Virus record (IMG/VR): IMGVR_UViG_3300013132_000055
Location: 1-62,259 of that record
Origin: a virus
Lineage: Duplodnaviria > Caudoviricetes
DNA: 62,259 nucleotides
Reading direction: 5' to 3' (one strand)
Numbering within the stretch: position 1 is the stretch's first letter; each line of letters starts with the position of its first letter. Both the position numbers and the translations under genes were made by a program. The notes beneath the pieces are model-generated. The model had not been told where the DNA came from. It ran no database searches and saw nothing but the letters and a program-made list of their open reading frames with translations. This document shows, piece after piece, positions 27,406 through 38,246 of the stretch.

Positions 27406-28905
27406 ATGCACAACCATGAGCCCATCCGTCCCGACTTCCTCGGCAAGAACGGCTTCATTTGGTGGCAGGGTGTGGTCGAGGACATCTATGACCCCCTGAA
27501 GGTCGGTCGTGTCCGTGTTCGTATCCTGGGTTGGCATACCGATGACAAGTCGGAGATCCCGACCAAGGATCTCCCGTGGGCGCATGTCGTGATGCCGACG
27601 AACAGCGCATCCATGTCAGGCAAAGGTTGGTCGCCAACGGGCATCCTTCAGGGTACATGGGTGGTGGGCTTCTATCGTGACGGTTTGAACGCACAGGAGC
27701 CTGTGGTCTTCGGCACCCTCGGTGGCATCAATACGGTGTCAATAACGGTTCCGAACATACCGCAGACGGGCTTTCCATTCGTGGATGCCGAGACGAGCCG
27801 AAGGTTGACCGCTCAGATCATTCAGTCGAAGAAGGAAGAGGTCTTGTCTCAGTTGGAGGAGGCGAAGGACGATGTCGGACTGAAGCCGTATCAACTGCCG
27901 AAGAATCCAGTCATAGACCCGAGCAAGGGCTTCACGGACCCCGATGGTCTCTATCCCCTGATCTCAAGGATGGATGAGGCGGACACGAATCGACTCGCCC
28001 GAAACGAACAGGTGGACAACACCATCGTCAGGAAGAAGCGTGAGAGCCTTGAGCGATGCTCGACGGCACTCTATGGGTTTTGGTCCGAGCCCGAGACCCC
28101 ATATGCAGCCGTCTATCCGTTCAACAATGTGTACGAGTCTCAGGCGGGTCACATCATCGAATACGACGATACCCCGAGGGCGGAGAGGCTTCACTTCTAC
28201 CATTGCTCGGGCTCGTTCACGGAGATCCATCCCAAGGGCAGCGAGGTCCATAAGGTCGTGGGCAACGCATGGGACATCACGCTCAACGACAAGATGGTCT
28301 TGGTAAAGGGCAACGCATCGTTCAACGCCGACAAGACGCTCAAGGTGAAGATGGGGAAGGACCTTGAGATTGAGGTCCTTGGCGATGTCAAGATGCTCGT
28401 CAACGGCAACATGACCACCGAGGTGAAGGGGAACGCCCTACACAAGGTCGGGGGGACATACACCCTGTCGAGTGAAGGGAACATGGTCATCATGGCACCC
28501 CGCATCGATCTCAATCCCGAGGGTGAGAAGGCATCCGAGGTCAGCACATTCATGGACAAGTTGCGGGGCTTCGTCAACTCGCTCATCAACGCATTCACCC
28601 CACCCGATCCCAAGGTCACGAATACGGAACCTACGCCGACACCGCCCGAACTTCCACCCGCACCGACAAGACCACAAGCAGAGGAGAAGGCGGAGGATCT
28701 GTTTGAAGAGGACAGGAACAGGATCAGGAACAAATATCCAGGTCTGCGTTCCAAACCCATCGAACTTCTTCTTGGTTACAGCGACGATGAGGTCGCTCTA
28801 TTGGTGGAGAGGCCGAAGCGGTTGACCGATTTCGGCAGTTCCGCCGACCAAGAGAGGCTACTCGTACAGAGGATCGGTCAATACGAGTCGAGGAGACAGG
28901 ACTAG
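27406..28905 (+). CDS. gp5: Baseplate central spike, no lysozyme domain
   Basis: WWQGVVED..DP.K.GRVRVRI.G.H OB-fold, YP.N.V.ES..GH..EYDDTP..ER, beta-helix repeats. Confidence 0.92.
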   Translation: MHNHEPIRPDFLGKNGFIWWQGVVEDIYDPLKVGRVRVRILGWHTDDKSEIPTKDLPWAHVVMPTNSASMSGKGWSPTGILQGTWVVGFYRDGLNAQEPVVFGTLGGINTVSITVPNIPQTGFPFVDAETSRRLTAQIIQSKKEEVLSQLEEAKDDVGLKPYQLPKNPVIDPSKGFTDPDGLYPLISRMDEADTNRLARNEQVDNTIVRKKRESLERCSTALYGFWSEPETPYAAVYPFNNVYESQAGHIIEYDDTPRAERLHFYHCSGSFTEIHPKGSEVHKVVGNAWDITLNDKMVLVKGNASFNADKTLKVKMGKDLEIEVLGDVKMLVNGNMTTEVKGNALHKVGGTYTLSSEGNMVIMAPRIDLNPEGEKASEVSTFMDKLRGFVNSLINAFTPPDPKVTNTEPTPTPPELPPAPTRPQAEEKAEDLFEEDRNRIRNKYPGLRSKPIELLLGYSDDEVALLVERPKRLTDFGSSADQERLLVQRIGQYESRRQD

Positions 28906-28923
28906 CAGGACGGAGGAAAAGAC

Positions 28924-29634
28924 ATGTGTTTTCATGCTCCCGCCAACAGAATACCCGTATCCAACACCCCGCAGTCCGCTGCGACTCAGGGTGCTGTCAC
29001 CATTCCTAGTGGAACGGAGGGAAACACCGAGAACTACATGAAACTCGGTGCGGAGGCGAAGGTGTCTGCCGTGACGAGCGAGGATGTTTCGATCAAGGGC
29101 ATGGTCAATCCTCCCGTGGCTACCGACTTCACGGAGTCGAAGCAGTCGTTGAACGAGTTGACGGCGCAGCGTGGGGACCTTGCCAAGGTGCCCGACATCG
29201 ACATCTGCGGATTTATGAGCAAACTCCCTGAGATAGACATCGATCTTGGCGGTGCGGGAGAAGGCATCCCGAGCCTGAACGACATCATGCTTGCGATCAA
29301 CGGCGTGACCCTCCCCGCCCTACAGGCTGTCTCGGAGGGGATCACCGACATCGTCGGCAGGATTGGGGATGCCATCGGCGACCTTGGTGCTGCGATCCAA
29401 GGGAGCGTCCCCACGATCACCTGCGGCAAGCGTCCCGTGGTCGATCCGTTGCAGGTCGCCGCCTCGGCTGCGGGCGCACCTGCGCTCGGGGCTGCGCTTG
29501 CGGCTGCGCCCGCACCCACGCCCGCACCCACGCCCGAGCCCGTTCCCTATGGAACCGACCCGAACATCGTCATCGAATCCCCCGATGTCACGGTGAGGAG
29601 CCTTGATGACACCATCGACTCGGGAGAGTTCTGA
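28924..29634 (+). CDS. Hypothetical virion protein
   Basis: 236 aa ORF with GGAGG RBS; Ala/Pro-rich segment. Confidence 0.7.
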   Translation: MCFHAPANRIPVSNTPQSAATQGAVTIPSGTEGNTENYMKLGAEAKVSAVTSEDVSIKGMVNPPVATDFTESKQSLNELTAQRGDLAKVPDIDICGFMSKLPEIDIDLGGAGEGIPSLNDIMLAINGVTLPALQAVSEGITDIVGRIGDAIGDLGAAIQGSVPTITCGKRPVVDPLQVAASAAGAPALGAALAAAPAPTPAPTPEPVPYGTDPNIVIESPDVTVRSLDDTIDSGEF

Positions 29635-30428
29635 TGGCATTCGGAATGACGGGACAGAACCCCATAGAGTTCTACTACCCCGAGAGGGAGTTCGGAGCCC
29701 TCAACATCAAGGATCAGGACAACTCGACATCGTCAATCTACGACGAGATCGAATGGCTGTCCCCCGCCATCCTCAACAAGGATTACAACGAGACATTTCC
29801 GAATCGACCCGTCTACGAGCAGCAGCGGTTCCTGCGTGACGGAGACAAGGTCGAGTCCTGTTCCGTTTCGGCGAGGCTCAGGGCTACCTATGTCTCTCAG
29901 CGAGGATCGCTGCCGACTACGGGAGGATCGCTGAAGTTCGCCATCGTTAGCGGCACATTCCCGCCAAGCATGACATTGAACATCGATACGGGCAACCTGT
30001 TTGGCAGGATCGATGACCTTGATGACATCTTCCCCGAGGAGTTCGGGGTTCCTCCCGAGGGTCTGCCCGAGGATCCACTTGCCGAGGAGGCGAAGGCGGT
30101 GTTTGGCTTCGACTACGGGGATCAGGGACCAAAGAAGTTCACCGAGAACAACTATGCGGAGAAGGGATCCGCATCTCTTCACAAGGGCGGGTTCGGGATC
30201 GACAAGGACATCGTCTTCACGGCGAGGGCGTTCGACTCCGCCGCACCAACTACAAGATACATCGACGGTGTGTTCACGATCAAGACGATGAACAACTGGT
30301 CATCGGACAGGGATGAGTTGATCCTAAATATCAGGAATCAGTTCTTCATCGATGGTAAGCCTGTGACGAACGAGGAGTACCTCACCACCATGAAGGAGAG
30401 GGGATACTTCTCCGACAACTGTCCATAA
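29634..30428 (+). CDS. Hypothetical virion protein with putative Ig-like (He_PIG-type) motif
   Basis: FAIVSG.FPP.MTL...TG.L.G and FT.RA.D. Confidence 0.65.
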   Translation: MAFGMTGQNPIEFYYPEREFGALNIKDQDNSTSSIYDEIEWLSPAILNKDYNETFPNRPVYEQQRFLRDGDKVESCSVSARLRATYVSQRGSLPTTGGSLKFAIVSGTFPPSMTLNIDTGNLFGRIDDLDDIFPEEFGVPPEGLPEDPLAEEAKAVFGFDYGDQGPKKFTENNYAEKGSASLHKGGFGIDKDIVFTARAFDSAAPTTRYIDGVFTIKTMNNWSSDRDELILNIRNQFFIDGKPVTNEEYLTTMKERGYFSDNCP

Positions 30429-30437
30429 GGGAGAAGT

Positions 30438-30725
30438 ATGCCAGCCGCACACAGACATACCGACATCTGCTCGGGTCACTCATGCTTCCCCCCGAGGAAC
30501 AACATAGAGGGATCGGGGAATGTCTTCGTCAACAGCCTCGGGTGGCACAGGAAGGGCGATGGTTGGGCTACGCATTGCTGCGGTCCATCCTGCCATAGCA
30601 GCAAGACGGCGGAGGGATCGTCCTCCGTCTTCGTCAATAGCCGTCCTGCGGCTAGGGTCGGGGATCCCGTGCATTGCGGCTCCGCATGCGCTAGGGGAAG
30701 CAACAATGTATTCTGCGGGGGCTAA
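30438..30725 (+). CDS. gp5.4: PAAR spike-tip protein
   Basis: MPAA.R..D.C.GH, GS..VFVN..PAARVGD...CG; CTAAATA at 30324-30330. Confidence 0.92.
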   Translation: MPAAHRHTDICSGHSCFPPRNNIEGSGNVFVNSLGWHRKGDGWATHCCGPSCHSSKTAEGSSSVFVNSRPAARVGDPVHCGSACARGSNNVFCGG

Positions 30726-30730
30726 CGGGA

Positions 30731-31360
30731 ATGTGGGCAAACCTGTCATTTTGGTTCGATTTCGGGATTGCGGTTTCTGGAGTCTTCGGCGGCATCGCCG
30801 CAGGGATCTTCTACACCAAGGTCAAGATCAAGGTGCAGGAGAGGAAGGCGGTCGAGGAGGCATCGATCAATCCGAAAAACTCCTCCTTCCAAAGCAAGCA
30901 TACAAGCGTCCATGAGATGCTTACTAGTCTTCGGATCAAGACGGGTGCGGACAGGGCGAGGATCGGTCACTTTCACAACGGGGGCAAGTTCCTAGACGGG
31001 ACACCCATGAAGAAGTTCAGCGTGACCCATGAGTCCTGCGAGAGGGGCATCCCTTATGACGGTGCCAACCTACAGAACATTCTCGTAACCATGTTTTGGG
31101 ATCTGATCGAAACCATGAGGTCGGACCTACCGAGTCTCCATTGGTCGATGGACATGAAGGAGGGGTACTTTCGCTCCTACAACAACGCCAACGGCATCAT
31201 GGCATACTCGGTGCTTCCGATTATGAAAGAAGACCTGTGCATCGGGTTCATCGTTTTGGAGTGGTTCAATGCGGAGAAGACACCATCCAAGCAGGACACC
31301 TTTGAGATTATCTTCGCACAGGCAAGGGAGTACATCGAACTTGAACTCGCATTGAGGTGA
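30731..31360 (+). CDS. Single-TM protein with GAF-like soluble domain (holin T-like)
   Basis: N-terminal TM, then L..LR...GADR..I..FHNG and PI.....CIGFI.LEW GAF-type pattern. Confidence 0.55.
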   Translation: MWANLSFWFDFGIAVSGVFGGIAAGIFYTKVKIKVQERKAVEEASINPKNSSFQSKHTSVHEMLTSLRIKTGADRARIGHFHNGGKFLDGTPMKKFSVTHESCERGIPYDGANLQNILVTMFWDLIETMRSDLPSLHWSMDMKEGYFRSYNNANGIMAYSVLPIMKEDLCIGFIVLEWFNAEKTPSKQDTFEIIFAQAREYIELELALR

Positions 31361-31362
31361 CC

Positions 31363-31755
31363 ATGGCTAAGGTAGAGAACACATCCTCGGACCTCGACAT
31401 CAACTTTGACCGCAATCCCCTGTCGGGAGATGTTGCGATGCGGCGGGACGAGGAGGCGATCAAGAGGGCACTCAAGAACCTCATCCTCCTCAAGAGGAAC
31501 GAGAAGCCCTTCCATCCCGAGATCTACTCGGGGATACAGGACATGCTCTTTGAGTTGGTCGATCCCCTCACCGTCATTGAGGTGAAGAAGAGGATCTCGG
31601 ACACCATCCGCAACTACGAGCCCCGTGTGAACACCGCCGTTGTTGATGTGGCGGATGTCATAGATAGGAACGAGATCAGGATCACGATTCGCTTCACGAT
31701 CAAGAATGTGCAGCGGGTCTTCTCGACCACCGTCGCCGTTACGAGGCTGAGATGA
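31363..31755 (+). CDS. gp25: Baseplate wedge subunit
   Basis: DLD..F...P...D, AIKR.LKNL, EKPF.P, I.NYEPRV. Confidence 0.93.
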   Translation: MAKVENTSSDLDINFDRNPLSGDVAMRRDEEAIKRALKNLILLKRNEKPFHPEIYSGIQDMLFELVDPLTVIEVKKRISDTIRNYEPRVNTAVVDVADVIDRNEIRITIRFTIKNVQRVFSTTVAVTRLR

Positions 31756-33677
31756 GAAACACCTCCAACACACCCATCAACGCACTCGGATTTGACGAGA
31801 TCAAGGCGAACCTGAAGGAGTTCCTTCGGGGTCAGGAGCAGTTCAAGGACTACGACTTTGAGGGAGCGTCCCTCAACATCATCCTCGACCTCCTCTCGTA
31901 CAACACCCACTATCAGGCGTTCTACGCCAACATGGCTGCGAACGAGTCGTTCATCGACTCCGCCGCCATCAGGGAGTCGGTGGTCTCTCTCGCCAAGCAC
32001 CTCGGCTACACCCCCCGATCCAAGAAGGCGGCTCGTCTTGTGGTGGATGCGATCCTCACTCCAGGCGGTGTGGACACGGTCTTCACGCAGACGGTCATCC
32101 AAGGGAAGCAGTTCATCGATAGGGGTACGATCTTCCGAGGCAAGGACACGAACGGCAAGAGCGTCAACTTCGTCAACCTCGACAACTACAAGGCTGTTCG
32201 CAGGGGCGGGGACAACATCGTCAGGGACATCGTTATCCACCAAGGCTATCTCAAGCAGATCTCGTTCGTTGCGAACACGCAGGGCGGGACCAATGCCATG
32301 TTCACGATCCCCGACAGGAGCGTGGACATTGACACCATAGTCCTGTTCGTTCAGCGTTCGCAGACCGACAGCACGGGGTCTCAGGAACTATGGACTCGGG
32401 CGACCGACATCAACAAACTAAACTCGACCTCTAACGCATTCTTCGTGCAGGAGAGCCGTGAAGGTCTGTGGGAGATCTACTTCGGGGACGGGATCGTCGG
32501 CAAGGCGGTCGAGAACGGCAACATCGTCACCGTGCGCTATCTCGTCACGAACGGGAGCGAGGGGAATGGGATCGGCTTCGATGAGACCACGGTCAAGCGG
32601 TCCATCACCTGCAACGATTCCCGTGTGACGGAGGTCAAAATTCAGACCGACGATGCGGGGGATGTGCAGATCTCCTTCGGCGGCGAGGACTCGGAGGACA
32701 CCGAGTCGATCAGGTTCTACGCTCCCCGCAACTATCAGGCGCAGGACAGGGCTGTCACCACGGATGACTACAAGGCGATCCTCGGGCGTGAGTATGCGCA
32801 GAGGGCTGATTCGTTCTTCATTTGGGGCGGCGAGGAGAACGATCCGCCGCAGTACGGCAAGGTCTTCATCTCCATCAAGCCGAGGGTTGGGTCGAGGCTC
32901 TCGACAGCCGAGAAGCGAGCGATTGAGAACACCATCCTCGGCGAGAAGAACCTAGTGACCATCACCCCCGAGGTGGTGGATCCCGATCTTCTCTACATCA
33001 ATCCATCGGTGACCGTCTACTACGATGAATCGAAGACCACTCTCAACAGCACGGGTGTCGAGTCGAGGGTGATCGAACTGATCAAGACCTTCGCAGATTC
33101 CTACCTCGGTCTGTTTCAGCGGAACTTCCGAATGTCGAAGTTCTCATCCACCATCGACGGCTCTTCGGGGGCGATCAATGCCAACAGCACGGACATCACC
33201 CTCACGAAGAGGTTTGAGCCAAGCCTCGGCAGGGCTGCGCCCTACGCCATCAACTTCGACAATCCCCTGCTGCATCCCGTGGACGGATACACCCCGATCC
33301 TGTCGAGCGAGATCTTCAGGCACATAGACACGACATCGTCTGCGACGGTCAAGCCCGTGGTCGATGCCTTCGTGGACGATGACGGATACGGGAACATCAG
33401 GATCTACAAGCAGGTGGGAAGCACCAAGGTGTTCCTGAACAGGAACACGGGAAGCATCGATTACGAGACGGGCAAGATCTTCCTGCGCAACCTCAAGATC
33501 GAAAGCCTTGACGATGGGAAGACCGAACTCTCCCTTACGGTGATCCCGAGGAACAAGGACATCTTTGCCCGTAGGAATCAGATCGTCCTCATCGATCCGA
33601 ACAGCATTTCGGTCACCACGGTGCCCGAGAAGACGGTCATAGATAGGGGTGCTAGCGACTCCGCCTTCACTCGTTGA
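31752..33677 (+). CDS. gp6: Baseplate wedge subunit
   Basis: F.DYDFEG, LSYNTHY, ESF.DSA..RESVVS.AK.LGY.P.S, FGDG..G, Q.RAVT..DY, WGGE.N.PP.YGKV. Confidence 0.95.
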   Translation: MRNTSNTPINALGFDEIKANLKEFLRGQEQFKDYDFEGASLNIILDLLSYNTHYQAFYANMAANESFIDSAAIRESVVSLAKHLGYTPRSKKAARLVVDAILTPGGVDTVFTQTVIQGKQFIDRGTIFRGKDTNGKSVNFVNLDNYKAVRRGGDNIVRDIVIHQGYLKQISFVANTQGGTNAMFTIPDRSVDIDTIVLFVQRSQTDSTGSQELWTRATDINKLNSTSNAFFVQESREGLWEIYFGDGIVGKAVENGNIVTVRYLVTNGSEGNGIGFDETTVKRSITCNDSRVTEVKIQTDDAGDVQISFGGEDSEDTESIRFYAPRNYQAQDRAVTTDDYKAILGREYAQRADSFFIWGGEENDPPQYGKVFISIKPRVGSRLSTAEKRAIENTILGEKNLVTITPEVVDPDLLYINPSVTVYYDESKTTLNSTGVESRVIELIKTFADSYLGLFQRNFRMSKFSSTIDGSSGAINANSTDITLTKRFEPSLGRAAPYAINFDNPLLHPVDGYTPILSSEIFRHIDTTSSATVKPVVDAFVDDDGYGNIRIYKQVGSTKVFLNRNTGSIDYETGKIFLRNLKIESLDDGKTELSLTVIPRNKDIFARRNQIVLIDPNSISVTTVPEKTVIDRGASDSAFTR

Positions 33678-33697
33678 GGCGGTGAAGGGCGAGGAAA

Positions 33698-35881
33698 ATG
33701 AGCATCGACGGAGACCGTCAACTATCACAGTTCGTGTCAGACAGGCTCCCCGAGTTCGTGCGGGTGGATCATCCCACGCTCGTCGCCTTCATGGCTGCGT
33801 ACTACGAATGGCTCGGTCTGCGGAGGAATCAGGGGAAGATCGTGTCGCCGCTCGACATGAAAGAGATCCCCGACATCGATACAACCCTCGACCAATTCGT
33901 TGAAAAGTTCAAGGCTGAGTACCTCCTCAACTTCCCCGAGTCTCTTGCGGTCAATCCCGACACGGGAAATCTCGTTGACCCGAGGAGACTCGTAAAGAAC
34001 ATCAAGCAGTTCTACCTCGCCAAGGGCACGGAGAAGTCATACGAGTTCTTGTTTCGTATCCTCTATGACACGGCGGTCGAGTTCTACTATCCCAAGAAGG
34101 ACATCCTGCGGCTCTCCACGGGGCGTTGGACACAGAACAACTACCTGAGGCTGTCGAATGCCTTGGGCGACAGCATCTACAGGGCTGCGGGAAACACCGT
34201 GGTTCAGCGTAACGCAGGGGGACAGATCCTCGCCACGGCGAGGTGCGTCGAGGTCAGCGTCTATCAGGTCGGCAACTTCGATGTGGCGGAGATGCTCATC
34301 TCGGGCAGGAACGGCACATTTCAGGCGGGTAACCTCGGGATTGAGTTCACGGACGGCGACGAAACCTTCCGTGAGGTCAAGGTGTACAGCGTCATCTCGT
34401 CGGTCTCGGTCACTAACGGCGGAGCCGACTATCAGGTGGGCGAGAAGGTGACCTTCGTGCCTGTCGGCAGCGACAGCGGTCAGAGGGGATCGGGAACGAT
34501 CACCGAGGTGGACAGCCTCGGAGGCATCCGAAAGATCAACATCGATGACTTCGGCATCAACTATCAGGTGGTGCCGACAATCTCAATCGCAACGAGCAGG
34601 GGAACGGGCTTCTCGGGGGCGGTCACGGTCGGGGCTCTGGCTCAATCTGCGGGGTTCTATGCCAACAACGACGGTCGCCTCAGCACCAACAAGGTTCTTC
34701 AAGACAACAAGTACTATCAAAATTGGTCGTATGTCTTGAAGAGCGAGGTCGTGATCGACAGGTACAGGGAGATCGTTCGCCGACTCGTCCATCCCGTGGG
34801 AACAGCCATGTTCGGCACGGTACTCATCAAGCGTTGCGCTCATACCGATCTTGAAAATGCGTCGAGCCTCGTTTCCTACGAGGTTCCGATCATCGGGCAC
34901 TACATCCCATACACATTCCGTACCTTCGATGACCTGTCGGCATGGTTTATGACAGGGATCACGGGAGGCATGACCGCTGCGGGTTACAACCCCTCGTTCC
35001 ACGACATCTACATCAAGGGAGAGGGTGACGGGCTCGTAGTGGGCGGAAATCCGATCAGCAACAACATCCCGTTTGCTGCGACAGGTGGGGCGTTTGGACT
35101 GACGGGATTCCGAAATGCAGACCCATTCTGGATCGTCTACAAGCACCCGAACCTAAAGGTCAGCGGGGAGAAGCACATCGCCAAGATATGGACTACACAG
35201 ATCAGCGATTTTTTGACATGGGATGAATGGGATCTCTCCTCCGATCCCGACAATCAACAGAGGATCAATGAGTGGGTCAAGGAACTCAACGATAAGACCG
35301 CACCTGACGGTACTGAGAATGCCTGTTGCAAGGGATCTTGCTGCCGAGGTGAACTTTACAGGGAACCCCACGACTTCAACTACGCATTGCTGAACTACAA
35401 CGAGGACAGCGAGTTTCGCAAGATCACCGCTCGGGCTTTCTTCAACATGCCCATCGGACAACCCTTCGATTGCCGCACGGAGAGTTTCCCTACGCTTGCC
35501 GTGCCGAAGTTCAGCATGATTCAACCACTATCGGGTGGGACGGTGAGGAACACATCGGCACCCGTTGGGACATCTCCTGCCGACTATGACTTCTTTAGGA
35601 CCCTTACGGTTCGGTTCAACATCGACAACGGCGACAATCTCTCGCTCTCTCAGATCGGTGCCGAGAAGATCAGGGTCGTGTTGGACGGCAAGAAGACCGT
35701 TGATGTCGGTCTCAACTCACGCAGCATTAGGTTCGGCAAAGTGAGGGATGGGAGGCATTCTTTGAGGCTTGAGATCCTCGACTCAAGGAATAGGCTCATC
35801 GCAGGTACGAGGGAGATCGTCATCTTCGCCTACGAGTTCGTTCCCCCGCAGCAGGTTCCGACCCCATCTACAGAGGCATAA
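33698..35881 (+). CDS. Baseplate wedge initiator (gp7-like)
   Basis: LPEFV...P..V.F..AYYEW, FY.AKGT..S..FLFR.L, QD..YYQ..SY.L, VHP.G..FG. Confidence 0.8.
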   Translation: MSIDGDRQLSQFVSDRLPEFVRVDHPTLVAFMAAYYEWLGLRRNQGKIVSPLDMKEIPDIDTTLDQFVEKFKAEYLLNFPESLAVNPDTGNLVDPRRLVKNIKQFYLAKGTEKSYEFLFRILYDTAVEFYYPKKDILRLSTGRWTQNNYLRLSNALGDSIYRAAGNTVVQRNAGGQILATARCVEVSVYQVGNFDVAEMLISGRNGTFQAGNLGIEFTDGDETFREVKVYSVISSVSVTNGGADYQVGEKVTFVPVGSDSGQRGSGTITEVDSLGGIRKINIDDFGINYQVVPTISIATSRGTGFSGAVTVGALAQSAGFYANNDGRLSTNKVLQDNKYYQNWSYVLKSEVVIDRYREIVRRLVHPVGTAMFGTVLIKRCAHTDLENASSLVSYEVPIIGHYIPYTFRTFDDLSAWFMTGITGGMTAAGYNPSFHDIYIKGEGDGLVVGGNPISNNIPFAATGGAFGLTGFRNADPFWIVYKHPNLKVSGEKHIAKIWTTQISDFLTWDEWDLSSDPDNQQRINEWVKELNDKTAPDGTENACCKGSCCRGELYREPHDFNYALLNYNEDSEFRKITARAFFNMPIGQPFDCRTESFPTLAVPKFSMIQPLSGGTVRNTSAPVGTSPADYDFFRTLTVRFNIDNGDNLSLSQIGAEKIRVVLDGKKTVDVGLNSRSIRFGKVRDGRHSLRLEILDSRNRLIAGTREIVIFAYEFVPPQQVPTPSTEA

Positions 35882-35891
35882 GTAATCTGCC

Positions 35892-38237
35892 ATGCCATCG
35901 TCTTGCGACCCATTCCGACAAAATCACAAGCGAATCACCGCAGATGCGCTGTTCGCCATCTACAGCGACACCGATGACAAGAACCTGTTCCTGTCCATCG
36001 GCAAGATCACGGGTTGGTCGGGTCTCGGAACGGATGAGAACCCTCCGACGAGCATTGACAGCGTCAAGGATGACACGGAACTTTGGAGGGGCATCTTCGC
36101 ACACAAGAGGATCGACAGGTCGGATGTCTCCCTCGTCGTGCGGAGGTACGATTGGAAGCCCTTCGTTGTCTACACCCCATATCGGGACGATCTCGACCTT
36201 TTCGATGACTTCGATCCCGCCCCATTCTACGCCCTCGTTGACGATGAGAGGGTGTACAAGTGCATCGACAACAACAACGGTGGACAGTCCCTCGTTGCAC
36301 CCACCCACACCGATAGTCAGATCCGCAGGTTGAGTGATGGGTATCGGTGGAAGTTCCTCTATCAGATCGCCGAGTCGAAGAGGAAGTTTCTGACGAAGAC
36401 TCAAGGCGATGCCATCGGGTACATGCCCGTTGAGTATGTCGATTATTTGCGCCTCAACGACGAGCGCATCCTGCAATGGAACACACAGCAAGCGGCTGTG
36501 GACGGTGAGATCGCCTTCGTCAAGGTGAATCCCGATGTCAAGCCTTTCGTGGTGTCCGACACATGCCTGTTCGCTAGTGCCAACAACACGGTGGTCGCTG
36601 ATGTCGCCTTGGGAGCCACGGGTATCACCCTGACCTCTCCGAGCCTCATCCTCAAGCCGAACTACTACAACGACATGGTTCTGTCCATCGACAGCGGTCA
36701 GGGGCAGGGTCAGCGCAGGAGGATCTCCACCTTCACTCCATCAGGAGGAGGTGGTGCAGCATTCATCACTACTGTAGATCCCTTCTCGACTAGCGTTTCG
36801 GGTGGAGGTAATGCAAGCACTTTCTCCATCGTCCCGAATATCCGAGTTGTCGGGGACGGAAACTCGTATAGCAACTCATACAATCCCTACACCAAGGCTG
36901 CGGAGGTTTCGGTGCGCTTCGGTGCGACGGCGGATTTCAGCGTGGTCGGTGCGACCTCATGCGCCGATTTCTTTGAACTCCGCCGCCTCGTTGACTCCAT
37001 CGAACTCGTTGACGGCGGCAGGGATTACACCTTCGCCGACCTTGAGTTCATCAAGGGGCTTGTGGTTCCTACCGACAAGGTTTTCCTTGACGATCTCGCC
37101 GAGGCGATCATGTCTCCTCCAGGAGGTCACGGATCGAATCCCGTCAAGGAACTCGGATGCTCCTCTATCATGGTCTCCAAGGAGTACTCTCAGGACGAGG
37201 AGGGCAAGGTCAGCACACAGAACGAGTACCGTCAGTTTGCAGTCCTCCTCAATCCCCTCCTCGCCGAGAAGCAGGTGCGGCTGAAGTTCTTCGCCACGGG
37301 AGTGAGCGGATCATTCACGGTTGGTGGAACCGCAGGACAGGCAGCGACAGGTGGATTTAGCGGTGCTTACGGAGATGTGGTCTCTTGGAGGGCGGGTGCT
37401 TCGGGTCACAGCGGCACGAACGAACTCGTACTCACCGAGATCAGGAACGGCGACTTTGAGTACGGTGGGAATGTCGGGGGACTGACCACGATGTCGGTCG
37501 ATGTCCGAACGATTGCGGGAACCGAGTCGAGAAGGCTTCTCAGGCTCACCCTCGCACCAACCGATCCCGCCTTCTCGGGTTCCGCTACCGACTTCACCAA
37601 GGGATACCTCGTCCACGGAATCGGGGATTGGTCAACCTCGACCTTCGCTTCCCGAGCGGTTGGCGAGGTCTACGCATGGGAGCCTCAGGTGGGGTCGAAC
37701 ATCCTCGGATTCCTATACCTTGAGAATCCGCAGGGTGCTTTCAAGATCAACGAGCGTGTCTCTCAGACGGACTTGTTCTACTCGGACTACAGCAGGGGAT
37801 TGAGCGGCATCGGTCAAGTCAGGGCAATCGACACGGTCATCAGGCAAGGCGTGGACACCTACGACCAAACCACGACCCTCGTCATGTCCTATGACGGAAG
37901 CAACTTGTTCAAGACCACCTCGTTCCTAGAGGATGCGTTCAAGGATTTCATACTTGGTGCCACGGCTTCGGCGAACGGGTATGTGATGGATTGGACACTC
38001 GGGGGCACAGGCACCACGGGAACCCTCAGGGTCTCGGGCACTCAGGGGATCTTCAGCACGGGCATGACGGCATCATACGGACTCACCACGGATACCAATC
38101 TCGCCACGATCACGCAGGTCATCCATACCGCTGAACTCAAGTACCGTTCGGGAGAGGTTCTATACATACAGAACATGAAGCCGATCCAAAGAGATCTTGA
38201 GCAACGGGAAGAGATCAAGATCGTCATCGACTTCTAA
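35892..38237 (+). CDS. gp8: Baseplate wedge subunit (gp8-like, extended)
   Basis: R.DW...Y..Y, VYKCIDN, DGY.WKFLY, P.GGHG.N...EL, SGEVLY.....I.R...Q.E.IK.V..F. Confidence 0.85.
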   Translation: MPSSCDPFRQNHKRITADALFAIYSDTDDKNLFLSIGKITGWSGLGTDENPPTSIDSVKDDTELWRGIFAHKRIDRSDVSLVVRRYDWKPFVVYTPYRDDLDLFDDFDPAPFYALVDDERVYKCIDNNNGGQSLVAPTHTDSQIRRLSDGYRWKFLYQIAESKRKFLTKTQGDAIGYMPVEYVDYLRLNDERILQWNTQQAAVDGEIAFVKVNPDVKPFVVSDTCLFASANNTVVADVALGATGITLTSPSLILKPNYYNDMVLSIDSGQGQGQRRRISTFTPSGGGGAAFITTVDPFSTSVSGGGNASTFSIVPNIRVVGDGNSYSNSYNPYTKAAEVSVRFGATADFSVVGATSCADFFELRRLVDSIELVDGGRDYTFADLEFIKGLVVPTDKVFLDDLAEAIMSPPGGHGSNPVKELGCSSIMVSKEYSQDEEGKVSTQNEYRQFAVLLNPLLAEKQVRLKFFATGVSGSFTVGGTAGQAATGGFSGAYGDVVSWRAGASGHSGTNELVLTEIRNGDFEYGGNVGGLTTMSVDVRTIAGTESRRLLRLTLAPTDPAFSGSATDFTKGYLVHGIGDWSTSTFASRAVGEVYAWEPQVGSNILGFLYLENPQGAFKINERVSQTDLFYSDYSRGLSGIGQVRAIDTVIRQGVDTYDQTTTLVMSYDGSNLFKTTSFLEDAFKDFILGATASANGYVMDWTLGGTGTTGTLRVSGTQGIFSTGMTASYGLTTDTNLATITQVIHTAELKYRSGEVLYIQNMKPIQRDLEQREEIKIVIDF

Positions 38238-38246
38238 GGTGAACAG

